Below, one piece after another: positions 8,869 through 19,653 of a DNA stretch of 64,000 nucleotides. Position 1 is the stretch's first letter. Every line of letters begins with the position of its first letter. The stretch spans positions 1 to 64,000 of the forward strand of contig CBEUCH010000009.1 of assembly GCA_965541585.1 (NCBI GenBank), given 5' to 3'. The notes beneath the pieces were generated by a model. That model was given only the letters and a program-made list of their open reading frames with translations. It searched no databases and was not told the DNA's origin. The translations under genes were made by a program, and so were the position numbers. Source of the stretch: an uncultured bacterium (lineage in GTDB: Bacteria; Zixibacteria; MSB-5A5; UBA10806).

Positions 8869-11367
8869 ATGAAAGCGGTGATAATGGCCGGCGGCTTCGG
8901 CACCAGATTGAGACCGCTGACCTCAAACGTCCCCAAACCGATGGTCCCCATGGCAGGCCGTCCGGTGATGGAACATATTGTCCGATTACTCAAGAAGCAC
9001 AAGATAAAGAACATAACCGCTGCATTGTATTTTCAATCGGAACAGATAAAATCATATTTCGGAAGCGGCAAACGATGGGGCGTCGATATCAAGTATATCA
9101 CTGCCGAGGCGGATTTCGGCACCGCCGGAGCAGCTAAGAACGCACAAAAGAATCTGGATTCGCGATTTATAGTTATCTCCGGTGATATCCTCACGGATTT
9201 CGATATCTCCGAGGCGATAGATTTCCATATCAAGAGGAAGGCCATGGCCACCATTGTATTGACCCGTGTCGAGAATCCGTTGAACTATGGTATCGTAATA
9301 GCGGGTAAATCGGGAAAAATCACCAGATTTCTCGAAAAGCCGGGCTGGGGGCAGGTCTTTTCCGATACAGTGAACACCGGGATTTATATTCTGGAGCCTG
9401 AGGTTTTAGATCTGATCCCTCCAACGATAAAGTATGATTTCTCGCAAGATTTGTTTCCAGATATGCTTGAAAAGAAGTTAAAGCTTTACGGCTATATTGC
9501 TCAGGGATACTGGCGCGATATTGGCAATATCGAGGATTACTACGTTGGCCACCAGGATATTCTGGACGGCAAGGTAAATGTTCAGATTCCAGGCATTAAA
9601 ACTGACGATGCGGACACCAATATCTTTATTGGCGAAAACGCCATGATATCCCACGGTTCAATGCTCTCCGGAACCGTGGTTATCGGTGATAATGTTAAGA
9701 TCGGGCCGCGGGCACGGATATTCAATAGTGTTATCGGAGACGGTTCTATCATCGGGCGCGACGTGAATCTGAGCCGCGTTATCGCCTGGGAGGGTGTTTC
9801 GATCGGACCTAAAGTCGAGGCCTCCGAAGCGATCTTTTGCAAAGGCAGTATCGTGGGCGAGGGAGCAACCGTTGAAGAGGAATGTATAATATCAGATAAT
9901 TCCAGAGTCGGCAATGCTGCATGGATTAAAAGAAACGTTAAGATTTGGCCCAACAAGGAGGTGGAGGCCGGAGCCACGCTTACCTTCAGTCTGATCTGGG
10001 GCGAAAGATGGAGCCGCGAGCTTTTCTCCGACGCCAAGGTCACTGGAATCGGCAATGCGGAGATTACCCCTGAGTTTGCAGCCAAACTGGGAGCCGCATA
10101 TGGCGCCATCGTTGGAGCCGGACGAACCGTTGCAGTCTGCAGAGGAGCATCGGACACGTCCAGGATGATTAATAGGGCCGTCATCTCCGGGCTGCTATCG
10201 TCGGGTGTGAACGTAGCCGATCTCAGGACAATCCCTGTTCCGGTTTTGAGACAGGAGCTCAAAAGCGGGCGGATGGCGGGCGGGATACATGTGAGGCTCA
10301 ATCCCGACGGCAACGACGAAATCGATATTATCTTCTTCGATCAAGATGGGCGGGATCTACCGACTCCCAAAACCAAAAGCATCGAAAGGCTTTTTACGAG
10401 AGAGGATTTTCGACGGGCTCCAGTGAGCGGCATCGGTAGCCTCGATTTTCCACAGAGGGTATATGAAACCTATCGTGAATCCTTTGTATCCCATATAGAT
10501 AAGTCTGTTTTCTTAAACTCCAAGTTTAAGGTAGTTATCGATTACGGGTACGGAGGAGCATCGGAGATTTTGCCGGGAATCTTAGGCTCTCTCGGCATCG
10601 ATTCGGTGTCTTTGAACTCTTTCGTCGATCCACGTCAGGCATATTATTTTGCGCGTCGGCAAAAAGAGGCCACCAAACAGCTCGGCACTATCGTCAAATC
10701 GCTTGGTGCCGATATCGGGATATTGCTGAATTCCGGCGCAGAGAAGATCATCGCAGTCAGTGAAAAAGGAGAAGTGATAAACTCTCAGAGAATGCTCTTA
10801 AAAGTAGCCCAATTATATTGCGAGGCGGCCAGCCCGAGAAAAATCGCGGTTCCCGTCTCGGCCTCGTCAGGAATAGAAACTATTGCCAGGGAGCACGGGG
10901 CAAAGATCGAATGGATACCCGGCGATCACCAGGGGATGATGGAGGCCGGCATTTCGGGCAAAACAGTCTTTGTCGGGGGCACCAAAGGAGGATTCCTTTT
11001 CCCCGGCTTCCAACTCGGAGTGGATGCAATGTTCGCCACCGTCAAGATATTCGAGCTGTTGGAGAAGGCGGGACGAAGAATAGGCAGTATCACGGGGCCC
11101 TGGGATAAGCTTGTTATGGTGGAAAAGAGCGTGGCCTGCTCGTGGGGCAAAAAGGGTCAGGTAATGCGTTCCTTATTACACCATTCCGAGGGATTTGAGC
11201 GTATTCTTGTAGATGGAGCAAGATTTTCGGAGGATGGCGCCTGGATTCTGGTCAGGCCGGACAGGAGGCGCGCCCAGTTTTTCGTTCAGGCGGAATCGAG
11301 CAATGCCGGAACTGCCAGAGAGTTGGCCGGGCAATATGTCAAGTACATAAAAAACTGGCAAAAATAG
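8869..11367 (+). CDS. Mannose-1-phosphate guanylyltransferase with LbH repeats fused to a phosphomannomutase-like domain
   Basis: MAGGFGTRLRPLT...PKPMVP nucleotidyltransferase motif, hexapeptide repeats, PMM-like C-terminal half. Confidence 0.88.
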   Translation: MKAVIMAGGFGTRLRPLTSNVPKPMVPMAGRPVMEHIVRLLKKHKIKNITAALYFQSEQIKSYFGSGKRWGVDIKYITAEADFGTAGAAKNAQKNLDSRFIVISGDILTDFDISEAIDFHIKRKAMATIVLTRVENPLNYGIVIAGKSGKITRFLEKPGWGQVFSDTVNTGIYILEPEVLDLIPPTIKYDFSQDLFPDMLEKKLKLYGYIAQGYWRDIGNIEDYYVGHQDILDGKVNVQIPGIKTDDADTNIFIGENAMISHGSMLSGTVVIGDNVKIGPRARIFNSVIGDGSIIGRDVNLSRVIAWEGVSIGPKVEASEAIFCKGSIVGEGATVEEECIISDNSRVGNAAWIKRNVKIWPNKEVEAGATLTFSLIWGERWSRELFSDAKVTGIGNAEITPEFAAKLGAAYGAIVGAGRTVAVCRGASDTSRMINRAVISGLLSSGVNVADLRTIPVPVLRQELKSGRMAGGIHVRLNPDGNDEIDIIFFDQDGRDLPTPKTKSIERLFTREDFRRAPVSGIGSLDFPQRVYETYRESFVSHIDKSVFLNSKFKVVIDYGYGGASEILPGILGSLGIDSVSLNSFVDPRQAYYFARRQKEATKQLGTIVKSLGADIGILLNSGAEKIIAVSEKGEVINSQRMLLKVAQLYCEAASPRKIAVPVSASSGIETIAREHGAKIEWIPGDHQGMMEAGISGKTVFVGGTKGGFLFPGFQLGVDAMFATVKIFELLEKAGRRIGSITGPWDKLVMVEKSVACSWGKKGQVMRSLLHHSEGFERILVDGARFSEDGAWILVRPDRRRAQFFVQAESSNAGTARELAGQYVKYIKNWQK

Positions 11368-11556
11368 CGCTAAACCGAGGTCGTATTCTGGCTGTCAGCG
11401 AGGAATATTTCCCTTGACCTTTTCGGCCCAAACATTGTATTGTAGAGTCAATTGTAAGGAGGAGCGCCAGGTCGATACCGTTAAAAGTTTGTGCTGATTT
11501 TTTAAGGATCGGGAAGACGAAAAAGGACGTAAAAAAGGAATGGGTGCTCCTTATCC

Positions 11557-13257
11557 ATGGAATCTTTAAAGATATTTAAAATTATTTCAAGAAAGTCTAT
11601 ACCATCTATGAGCAGGGCAGTTCTTTTATTTATTGTGGCGATGATCGCCGTACCCTCTATGGCTTCGGGTCAGAACAATGGAGAGGATTCGGGAAGGGGA
11701 AAAGTCGACGAGAGCTTTTTGACCAGGCTGCCTGCCCTGAAAGCGGGAAAAGTGCTATTGGAGGAAAAGGTCGATCCCAGGACCTATATACTTGGTCCGG
11801 GCGATATCCTCTCGATCTTCACATGGGGTAATTTCCAGGGACAGTATCGCCTGCCCGTCTCGCCGGAGGGTGTTCTGCTCGTTCCCGAGATCGGGCCGAT
11901 TCAGGTCTCCGGGATCAGCCTCCATAGAGCAGAAAAGAGAATATCGGCACGCATAATGAAGCGCTATCTCAATGTCGAAACCATAGTCTCGCTTATTGAT
12001 CTGCGGACGTTCAAGGTTTATATCGGAGGTGCGGTCAAATACCCGGGACCTTATCCTGGAACAGCCGTTACGAGGGTTTCGGAGATAATAAATATGGCAG
12101 GGGGTTTCCTGGGGGAGGATAATCCCGAAATCAATTTCCCACCTGGGATCCGAAGAATAACATCAAACAGGAAAATGTCATCGAAGAGGAACGTACAGGT
12201 ATATCGAAAAAACGGAGATATCCTTACAGCCGATATTCTCAGATTTGAGATAACGGGTCAAACTAAATTCGATCTGCTTCTTAGTGATGGCGACAGAATT
12301 CTCGTTCCGGTGATGGAGAGTTCAATTAACCTCTATGGTATATTTGGGGCCGTTAGAAATCCGGGATATTTTGAATATTCAAGCCATGATTCGCTCTCCG
12401 ATCTTATAGAGCTTGCCCATGGACTGAAATTGAGTGCGGATTCTCAAAATGTAGAGGTTGTGAGATTCAGGCCCGATAACAGGCAAACCTACAGTATAAC
12501 AATTGATCTTCGATCAACCGATTGGAATATCTCTCTAAATGCCGATGATCGCGTTTATGTAAAGGCAATCCAGGAATATCACGAAAAATATCAGGTCTTG
12601 CTTACCGGAGAATTCACATATCCTGGCTATTACGCTATCAGCAGAGATTCCTCCTGGCTGACTGAGATTGTTGAAAAAGCCGGGGGCTTTACCCTGTCTG
12701 CTTCTCTGGATGAAGCCGAGATGACCAGGGTTTCAATCGAGGAGATAATCGATCCGGAATATGAGCGGTTGCGGAGGATGCAGGTTTCGGATATGTCCGA
12801 TAGCGAATACGATTACTACAAGACCAAATCGAGGAGCAAACCGGGCAGGGTGGCCGCCGATTTCGTCGGCCTATTTGTCAAAGGCGATTCCACCAAGGAT
12901 TTTATCCTTCGAGATGGCGATGTTATAAATGTTCCCCGCAAAACGAAGATTATTAGCGTCATAGGCGAGGTTTCAAATCCCGGCCTCTTACCTTTTAGGT
13001 CCGGGGCCGATTACAGACACTATATTGATGCCGCCGGAGGGTTTTCTTACCGTGCGAGTAAAGGAAAGGTCTCAATCATTAAAGGGATCTCACGCGAATG
13101 GAAAAAGGCCAGAAAGGGAAAGCCGCTGGAGCCCGGTGATACTGTCTGGATACCGGAGAGAAAAAAACGCGAGTACTGGACTTTTATTAAAGAGACGCTG
13201 ATATTCGTTGGCAATCTGGCAACCGTTTATCTTGTAATTCAGCAGGCTACAGAATGA
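11557..13257 (+). CDS. Polysaccharide export protein with multiple SLBB domains
   Basis: YILGPGDIL poly_export motif; repeated GAVKYPG/GAVRNPG/GEVSNPG...AGG SLBB units. Confidence 0.88.
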   Translation: MESLKIFKIISRKSIPSMSRAVLLFIVAMIAVPSMASGQNNGEDSGRGKVDESFLTRLPALKAGKVLLEEKVDPRTYILGPGDILSIFTWGNFQGQYRLPVSPEGVLLVPEIGPIQVSGISLHRAEKRISARIMKRYLNVETIVSLIDLRTFKVYIGGAVKYPGPYPGTAVTRVSEIINMAGGFLGEDNPEINFPPGIRRITSNRKMSSKRNVQVYRKNGDILTADILRFEITGQTKFDLLLSDGDRILVPVMESSINLYGIFGAVRNPGYFEYSSHDSLSDLIELAHGLKLSADSQNVEVVRFRPDNRQTYSITIDLRSTDWNISLNADDRVYVKAIQEYHEKYQVLLTGEFTYPGYYAISRDSSWLTEIVEKAGGFTLSASLDEAEMTRVSIEEIIDPEYERLRRMQVSDMSDSEYDYYKTKSRSKPGRVAADFVGLFVKGDSTKDFILRDGDVINVPRKTKIISVIGEVSNPGLLPFRSGADYRHYIDAAGGFSYRASKGKVSIIKGISREWKKARKGKPLEPGDTVWIPERKKREYWTFIKETLIFVGNLATVYLVIQQATE

Positions 13258-14522
13258 ACGACGAGAAAAATCCCATAAGCGATGATAGCAATTTCATCCT
13301 GCAGTTAACGACGATCATATTCCGGTGGCGACGTCTATTGATTGTCAATGCATTAGCGGCAGCGATTCTGACTCTTGCAGTGATGCTGATATTCTCCCCC
13401 GACTGGTTTACTGCCACCACCTCGATCATGCCGCCGGAAAAAGATTCGGGCAGCCTGAGCTTTGGTGCGGGTATGCTGCCGTCGGGTCTAAGTTCGCTTC
13501 TGGGAGGCAGCGGGCTCGCATTGCCCGGATTGGCGAGCCCGTCCGATCTTTACGCCTCCATCCTAAGAAGCGGCACCGTCTCCATGGCCGTCATTGAGAA
13601 ACACGGCTTAAGAGAGGTTTTCGGTACCGAGCTTGATATAGAAGCGCTGGCGGAACTCCACGGTCGTACGACCGTTATCGTGCAACCGGAAGGTATTATC
13701 AACTTATCGTATGAGGATACAGATCCCGAGCGTGCGGCGGCAGTGGCCAATAGTTTCATAGATGAACTCAATCGTGTCAACCAGGAGAATCTCGTTTCCA
13801 AAGCCAGGGCTATGAGAGAATTCATCGAGGGGAGACTTGACGAATCGGTGGTGGACTTAACCTTAGCTGAGGAGGCTCTGGAGACATTTCAGAAAGAACA
13901 TAATGCCGTCGCCCTGGACGAACAAGTAAGGGCCGCTATCAATGCCATAGCCGATTTGCGGGCGCAATTCGTCATTGCGGAGATAGAACTCGGTGTCATG
14001 AAGAAATCTCTATCTCCGGATAATACGCGATATAAGAATCAGGAGTTCAAGATCCAGCAGATTAGAATACAGCTCGAAAGGCTGGAGAAAGGGAATGAGG
14101 TTTTTCCAGATTCTTCAATCTTGAGCGTCCCGATGAGCGAAGCCCCCGAGCTCGGCCTGGCTTATGCGAGATTGATGCGCGATTTGAAAATCCAGGAAAC
14201 AATCTTCGAGTTGCTCAAACAGCAGTATGAGCAGGCCAAGATCCAGGAGATGAGAGACACACCGACGGTCCAGGTGCTGGATTTCGCCCGGGTGCCGGAG
14301 ATGAAAAGCGGGCCCAAACGGACTATGATCGCTGCCTTAGCCGGCGTGATGAGTTTCGGCCTGACTTTTTTCTTCGTTATTATTCTGGAATTTGCCCGGA
14401 GGGAAGAAGAGAAAAATTCTCTCATTCATCAGAGGATCCAGGGATTTTCCAGAATGCTGAATGAGGATTTCTACTGGATCAGGTCCCCGTTTCGAAAGGG
14501 GAAGCAGGACGATGCCGGTTAG
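13254..14522 (+). CDS. Polysaccharide co-polymerase / chain-length determinant (Wzz/GNVR, no kinase domain)
   Basis: Two TM helices flanking a coiled coil; QVLDFARVPEMKSGPKR motif. Confidence 0.85.
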   Translation: MNDEKNPISDDSNFILQLTTIIFRWRRLLIVNALAAAILTLAVMLIFSPDWFTATTSIMPPEKDSGSLSFGAGMLPSGLSSLLGGSGLALPGLASPSDLYASILRSGTVSMAVIEKHGLREVFGTELDIEALAELHGRTTVIVQPEGIINLSYEDTDPERAAAVANSFIDELNRVNQENLVSKARAMREFIEGRLDESVVDLTLAEEALETFQKEHNAVALDEQVRAAINAIADLRAQFVIAEIELGVMKKSLSPDNTRYKNQEFKIQQIRIQLERLEKGNEVFPDSSILSVPMSEAPELGLAYARLMRDLKIQETIFELLKQQYEQAKIQEMRDTPTVQVLDFARVPEMKSGPKRTMIAALAGVMSFGLTFFFVIILEFARREEEKNSLIHQRIQGFSRMLNEDFYWIRSPFRKGKQDDAG

Positions 14523-15540
14523 TATCGGGCAGATAGGGCTGGGGGCCTGGGGACGAAACCTTATAAGAACATTCTATAATCTGCCGGGCGTATCCATAAC
14601 GATAGGATGCGATTCCGATGCAGGACGGCTCTCCACGATCAGCGCCTCCTTCCCCGGAATCAACTGGACCAGGGATCCGGCAGAGGTCATAGGAGATCCC
14701 TCTCTGGATGCCATAGTAATAGCCACTCCTCCCGCCTCTCATTATGAACTTGCCGCGAAAGCGATCGATGCGGGTAAAGACGTTTTCATCGAGAAACCTC
14801 TGGTACTGGATCTAGAGAATGGCCGCAGGCTGGTGGCCCTTGCCGAACAGAAGGGCCGGGTCCTGATGGTGGGACATATAATGGAATACCATCCAGCCTC
14901 CCTGAAGCTCAAAGAATATATTGAAAGCGATAAGCTGGGGAAAATATACTATCTTTATTCCACCAGGATTAATCTCGGGAAGGTTAGAGATATCGAGAAT
15001 TCTCTGTGGAGTTTCGCGCCGCATGATATCTCGCTGATAATGTTTCTTCTGGGCACGTCTCCTTCGATGGTTACCGCAACCGGAGCCTCTTATATTCAGA
15101 ACGGGATCGAGGATGTCTCATTCATGACGCTTCATTTTACAGATGGGACGATGGCGCATGTGCATGTCAGCTGGTTGGATCCTCACAAGGAAAGAAAGTT
15201 GACCGTGGTCGGCTCGAAGATGATGGCGGTGTTCGATGATACCCTGGGCTCTGAGAAAATCAGGCTCTATGACAAGGGAGTAGATACCAGGCTCGATTAT
15301 GCTACCTACGGAGAATATCTGAGTCTGAGAGCGGGGGATATTCTCATACCTCGAGTTGATTCCACTGAGCCACTGCAGGCCGAATGCTCTCATTTTATAG
15401 AATGCATCAAGAACCGTAGCCAACCGAGGTCTGACGGTATGGATGGTCTCAAAGTACTGAACATTCTTACGGCGGCGCAGAAATCAATGGAACAGGGCGG
15501 CGCACCGATCGAGATAAAACCGGTCACTATTGATCAGTGA
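14512..15540 (+). CDS. Gfo/Idh/MocA oxidoreductase (WbpB/WlbA-like sugar 3-dehydrogenase)
   Basis: GLGAWG, VFIEKPL, LWSFAPHD motifs; gene context. Confidence 0.85.
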   Translation: MPVSIGQIGLGAWGRNLIRTFYNLPGVSITIGCDSDAGRLSTISASFPGINWTRDPAEVIGDPSLDAIVIATPPASHYELAAKAIDAGKDVFIEKPLVLDLENGRRLVALAEQKGRVLMVGHIMEYHPASLKLKEYIESDKLGKIYYLYSTRINLGKVRDIENSLWSFAPHDISLIMFLLGTSPSMVTATGASYIQNGIEDVSFMTLHFTDGTMAHVHVSWLDPHKERKLTVVGSKMMAVFDDTLGSEKIRLYDKGVDTRLDYATYGEYLSLRAGDILIPRVDSTEPLQAECSHFIECIKNRSQPRSDGMDGLKVLNILTAAQKSMEQGGAPIEIKPVTIDQ

Positions 15541-15546
15541 GGTCTT

Positions 15547-16305
15547 ATGGACTTTTTTCAACACGGCACAGCCAGAGTCGGTAATGATGTGACCATAGGA
15601 TATCGCAGTTTTATCGGCGAGGACGTGGAGATAGGTGACGGTTGCCGGATCGGATGCGGTGTGGTTATTCACGAGGGTTCCAGGATCGGTTCTAATGTTC
15701 GTATCGATGATAATACTGTTCTGGGAAAATTCCCCATGAAAGCGGCTAACTCGGCCACTACCGGAGATCAACGGCTTCCCGTTCTGTCGATTGCCGATGA
15801 TTGTATTATCGGGACCTCTGTGGTGATTTACCGTGGCGCCACTCTGGGAAAAAAAATCCTCGTAGCCGATCTATCGACGGTTCGCGAGAATGTCGATATT
15901 GGAGATTATACCATTGTCGGGCGCGGAGTCGCAATAGAATGTGATTGCAGGATAGGAACATACTGCAAGCTGGAGACCAACGTATATATTACCGCCTATT
16001 CTGAGATCGAGGATAGAGTTTTTGTGGCGCCCTGCGTGGCAACATCCAATGACAATTTCATTGGCCGAACGGAAGAGAGATTCAAACATTTCAAGGGTGT
16101 TACCGTTAAAAAGGGGGGGCGCATCGGCGTCGGTGCGGTGATTTTACCCGGCAAAATAATCGGGGAGGACGCCCTTATTGCCGCCGGTGCGTTACTGACG
16201 AAAAACGCGGAGCCGCGGCAAATTGTGGCAGGAGTGCCCGCAAAGAAACTGAGAAAGGTGCCGCCCGAACAGTTGCTGGAAAATCAAAACTGGCAAAAGG
16301 ACTGA
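15547..16305 (+). CDS. Hexapeptide-repeat N-acetyltransferase (WbpD/WlbB-like)
   Basis: LbH repeats, VFVAPCVATSND, VAGVPAK. Confidence 0.85.
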   Translation: MDFFQHGTARVGNDVTIGYRSFIGEDVEIGDGCRIGCGVVIHEGSRIGSNVRIDDNTVLGKFPMKAANSATTGDQRLPVLSIADDCIIGTSVVIYRGATLGKKILVADLSTVRENVDIGDYTIVGRGVAIECDCRIGTYCKLETNVYITAYSEIEDRVFVAPCVATSNDNFIGRTEERFKHFKGVTVKKGGRIGVGAVILPGKIIGEDALIAAGALLTKNAEPRQIVAGVPAKKLRKVPPEQLLENQNWQKD

Positions 16306-16308
16306 TAG

Positions 16309-17415
16309 GTGAGAGTTCCATTACTGGATCTTACAAGACAGTACGCGTCCATCAAGGACAAGATAGACGATGCTATCCAGAGGGTCCTGGATCATGGCAG
16401 ATTTATCATGGGCCCCGAGTTAAAAGAGTTCGAATCCAATCTCGCAGATTATTGCGCTGTCAAAAACGGCATCGGAGTGGCATCAGGTACCGATGCTTTA
16501 CTTTTATCCCTCAGGGCTCTTGGTGTCGGCCCGGGAGATGAAGTCATTACATCGACTTTTACTTTTTTTTCCACTGCCGGTGTGATCAGCCGCCTCGGTG
16601 CCAGGCCTGTATTTGTCGATATAGATCCGCGAACATTCAACTTAGATCCCGAAAATGTTGCCGGCGCTATCACGAAAAAAACGAGAGTTGTTGTGCCGGT
16701 TCACCTCTACGGTCAGATCGCCGAGATGGATGAAATCTCTGCCATCGCGGGTAAACATAATCTTGCAATTGTCGAGGACGCTGCCCAGGCGATAGGCGCA
16801 GTCTACAAGGGCAAGAAAGCGGGCAGCTTTGGCAGAACGGCCTGTTTTTCTTTTTTCCCGAGCAAGAACCTGGGCGCCTATGGCGACGCCGGGTTCATCG
16901 CCACCGACGATGACGATCTTGCCGATTTAATCAGGAAACTTCGCGTTCACGGCGCGAAACCCAAATATTACCATTCCCTGATAGGATACAATAGCCGGCT
17001 GGATACTGTTCAGGCTGCCGTGCTGATGGTTAAGTTGAAATACCTGCCGGACTGGCATGAGGCCAGGAGGGAAAGGGCGGCCAGATATGACGATATGCTT
17101 AAGAATGTTCAACAGATAGCAACGCCCCTCGTGCACGGGCATAATTATCACATCTATCATCAGTATACCCTGATAGCGGAAGATCGCGACGGCCTTAAGG
17201 ATTTCCTGAAAACGAGAGAAATCGGGATAGATACTTATTATCCCTTGCCGCTCCATTTACAGGACTGCTATTCAGACCTGGGTTACCGGAGGGGAGATTT
17301 GCCTGTTTCAGAGAGGTTATCGGAGAAAGTTATATCATTGCCTATATTCCCCGAACTTACCAATGAGGAACAGGACTTCGTAGTAGAGAGCATAAAGGAG
17401 CATTACGGAAAATAA
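16309..17415 (+). CDS. DegT/DnrJ/EryC1/StrS aminotransferase (WbpE/WlbC-like)
   Basis: VEDAAQAIG, SFFPSKNLGAYGD, GYNSRLD. Confidence 0.93.
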   Translation: MRVPLLDLTRQYASIKDKIDDAIQRVLDHGRFIMGPELKEFESNLADYCAVKNGIGVASGTDALLLSLRALGVGPGDEVITSTFTFFSTAGVISRLGARPVFVDIDPRTFNLDPENVAGAITKKTRVVVPVHLYGQIAEMDEISAIAGKHNLAIVEDAAQAIGAVYKGKKAGSFGRTACFSFFPSKNLGAYGDAGFIATDDDDLADLIRKLRVHGAKPKYYHSLIGYNSRLDTVQAAVLMVKLKYLPDWHEARRERAARYDDMLKNVQQIATPLVHGHNYHIYHQYTLIAEDRDGLKDFLKTREIGIDTYYPLPLHLQDCYSDLGYRRGDLPVSERLSEKVISLPIFPELTNEEQDFVVESIKEHYGK

Positions 17416-18467
17416 TGAAGAAGGCGGCGTTGGTCGTAGGAGCCAGGCCTCAATTCATAAAAACCGCCCCTCTGATTCTGGAGTTGGGGCGTTTTTTCCA
17501 GATAGCCCTGATTCATACGGGCCAGCATTACGATTTTGAAATGTCAGATACCTTTTTTGAGGAGCTTGATCTACCGGATCCCGACTACCATCTGGATACG
17601 CCGGGCGGCTCGCAAGGCAGACGGATAGGGCGAATGCTGGAGGGACTGGATTCGGTGCTGGCTTTCGAGAAGCCGGATTTGACAATCGTCGTGGGCGATA
17701 CGGATTCGACACTGGCCGGGGCGCTGGCTTCGTCAAAGTTGGCTATACCTCTGGTTCACGTTGAGGCAGGAGTCAGGTCTCAAGATAATAGTCTCTCCGA
17801 ACAGATTAATCGGGTCGTGACCGATTCCGTCTCGGATTGCATGTTATGTCCAACTCCTACGGCGGTCGAGAATCTTAGGCGAGAGGGTCGGACTAAGGAT
17901 GTTTTCGATACCGGTGATATAATATACGATTGCCTGAGGATGTTTGAAGAGAGTATTCCCGAAAGACCGTCTCTGCCATTTGAATTGCCCGGGAGATATG
18001 TACTGGCGACACTACATAGAGCCGAGGCGGTCGATGATACCGGGCGACTGAAAAATATATTACGTTCGTTGGCTACATCGCCATATCCTGTAATATTGCC
18101 GGTTCACCCCAGAACCAGGAAGAGAATCGATCTATATAATCTCCAGTCTCTGATTCTTGATAATCTCCTTCTCATCGATCCGGTCGGATATACAGATCTT
18201 CTTTCGCTCCTGAAATCGTCCGAATTCGTGATCACTGATTCGGGTGGCGTTCAAAGAGAGGCAGCTTACCTTGGCAAGCGTGTATATGTTGCCCGACCGG
18301 AAACGGAATGGAGAGAGCTCGAAGAATCGGGATGGGCGAAGGTCGTTGGTTATGATTTTGATCTGTCGAGGGAGAATTCCCGGATCGATCAGCCGCATGT
18401 CGATCTGGCAAATCTCATGAGACCTGCATCAAAAAGCATGGCCGAAGCAATAAGATCTTTGTCTTAA
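17415..18467 (+). CDS. Non-hydrolysing UDP-N-acetylglucosamine 2-epimerase family (WecB/WbpI-like)
   Basis: VGARPQFIK, HTGQHYD, HVEAG, TDSGGVQREA. Confidence 0.9.
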   Translation: MKKAALVVGARPQFIKTAPLILELGRFFQIALIHTGQHYDFEMSDTFFEELDLPDPDYHLDTPGGSQGRRIGRMLEGLDSVLAFEKPDLTIVVGDTDSTLAGALASSKLAIPLVHVEAGVRSQDNSLSEQINRVVTDSVSDCMLCPTPTAVENLRREGRTKDVFDTGDIIYDCLRMFEESIPERPSLPFELPGRYVLATLHRAEAVDDTGRLKNILRSLATSPYPVILPVHPRTRKRIDLYNLQSLILDNLLLIDPVGYTDLLSLLKSSEFVITDSGGVQREAAYLGKRVYVARPETEWRELEESGWAKVVGYDFDLSRENSRIDQPHVDLANLMRPASKSMAEAIRSLS

Positions 18468-18481
18468 ATCACCGTAGCATT

Positions 18482-19564
18482 ATGACTGATGAATTAAAAT
18501 CAAAGACTCCTTTGCACGTCTGCATGTTTTCCGATGAGAGGTCTATTCATACGCGACGCTGGGTTCGCGGCCTGAGAGAGATGGGCCATCGAATCGATCT
18601 GATAACCCTCATCAAGGATAAGGATGACGATGTAGGCGGAATATCACTCGATGCCACCGGCAAGTGGTCGTATTTAACGAAAATAAGGAAGCTCAAGTCG
18701 CTGGTTCGAGAATTGAACCCGGACATCCTGCATTCCCATTATGCGTCCAGTTTTGGGTTTCTGGCCAGCTTCGTTAAACATCCGAGAAAGATCCTTTCGG
18801 TCTGGGGTAATGATGTAATAGTGTTTCCGTATTCAAATTCGCTGTTCAAGGCGATTGTGAAGCGATCCCTGAAAAAAACCCATTATATTACGGCCACGAG
18901 TCAATTTTTGGTCCGATCCGTTGAGAGGCTTGATAGCAATATAAAGGGAATAAGGGTGATTGCCTTCGGGATAGATCCGGCGCGGTTTGATTACCGTCAG
19001 CGAACCCGGGGATCAAAGATAAATATAGGAATCGCAAAATCCTTAAGACCCAAATATGGTATTGATGTTTTGATAAAGGCTTTTCAAATATTGTCCGATT
19101 CCCACAACAACATAGAGTTGTTTATTGCCGGCAGAGGGGAATTCGAAGATAGATACAAAAAACTGGTTAAGAATCTCCGGCTTGAGGAAAGGGTGAGGTT
19201 TCTTGGTTTTATCAACCACGACAAACTGCCGGATTTCCTGTATGGAATGGACATATTTGCTATGCCTTCGGTATCGGATGGCGAAAGTTTCGGGGTAGCG
19301 GCGGTGGAGGCGTCATCTACCGGTTTGCCGGTGGTTGCGGCAAAAGTGGGCGGCGTGCCGGACGTCGTTGTGGATAATAAGACCGGATTTTTGGTCGAGC
19401 CCGAGAACGTCGCGGAATTGGCCAACGCCCTTGAGAAATTGATCTCGAATCCCGACCTGAGAGAGAAGATGGGTCGGGCCGGAAGGGCATATGTTGAAAA
19501 CAATTACCGCTGGGAGTCGAATCTCAAGGCGATGAATGATCTTTATATGGAGATAATGGGATAG
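18482..19564 (+). CDS. Glycosyltransferase family 4
   Basis: ESFGVAAVEASSTGLPVVAAKVGGVPDVV. Confidence 0.92.
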   Translation: MTDELKSKTPLHVCMFSDERSIHTRRWVRGLREMGHRIDLITLIKDKDDDVGGISLDATGKWSYLTKIRKLKSLVRELNPDILHSHYASSFGFLASFVKHPRKILSVWGNDVIVFPYSNSLFKAIVKRSLKKTHYITATSQFLVRSVERLDSNIKGIRVIAFGIDPARFDYRQRTRGSKINIGIAKSLRPKYGIDVLIKAFQILSDSHNNIELFIAGRGEFEDRYKKLVKNLRLEERVRFLGFINHDKLPDFLYGMDIFAMPSVSDGESFGVAAVEASSTGLPVVAAKVGGVPDVVVDNKTGFLVEPENVAELANALEKLISNPDLREKMGRAGRAYVENNYRWESNLKAMNDLYMEIMG

Positions 19565-19653
19565 GTTGAATGTTTCATTCTCTCGAGAATTGTAAATAAT
19601 GATGGTGAAAATACTATGAACACTAACTCCTGCATCTACCGTCTGATTATAAA

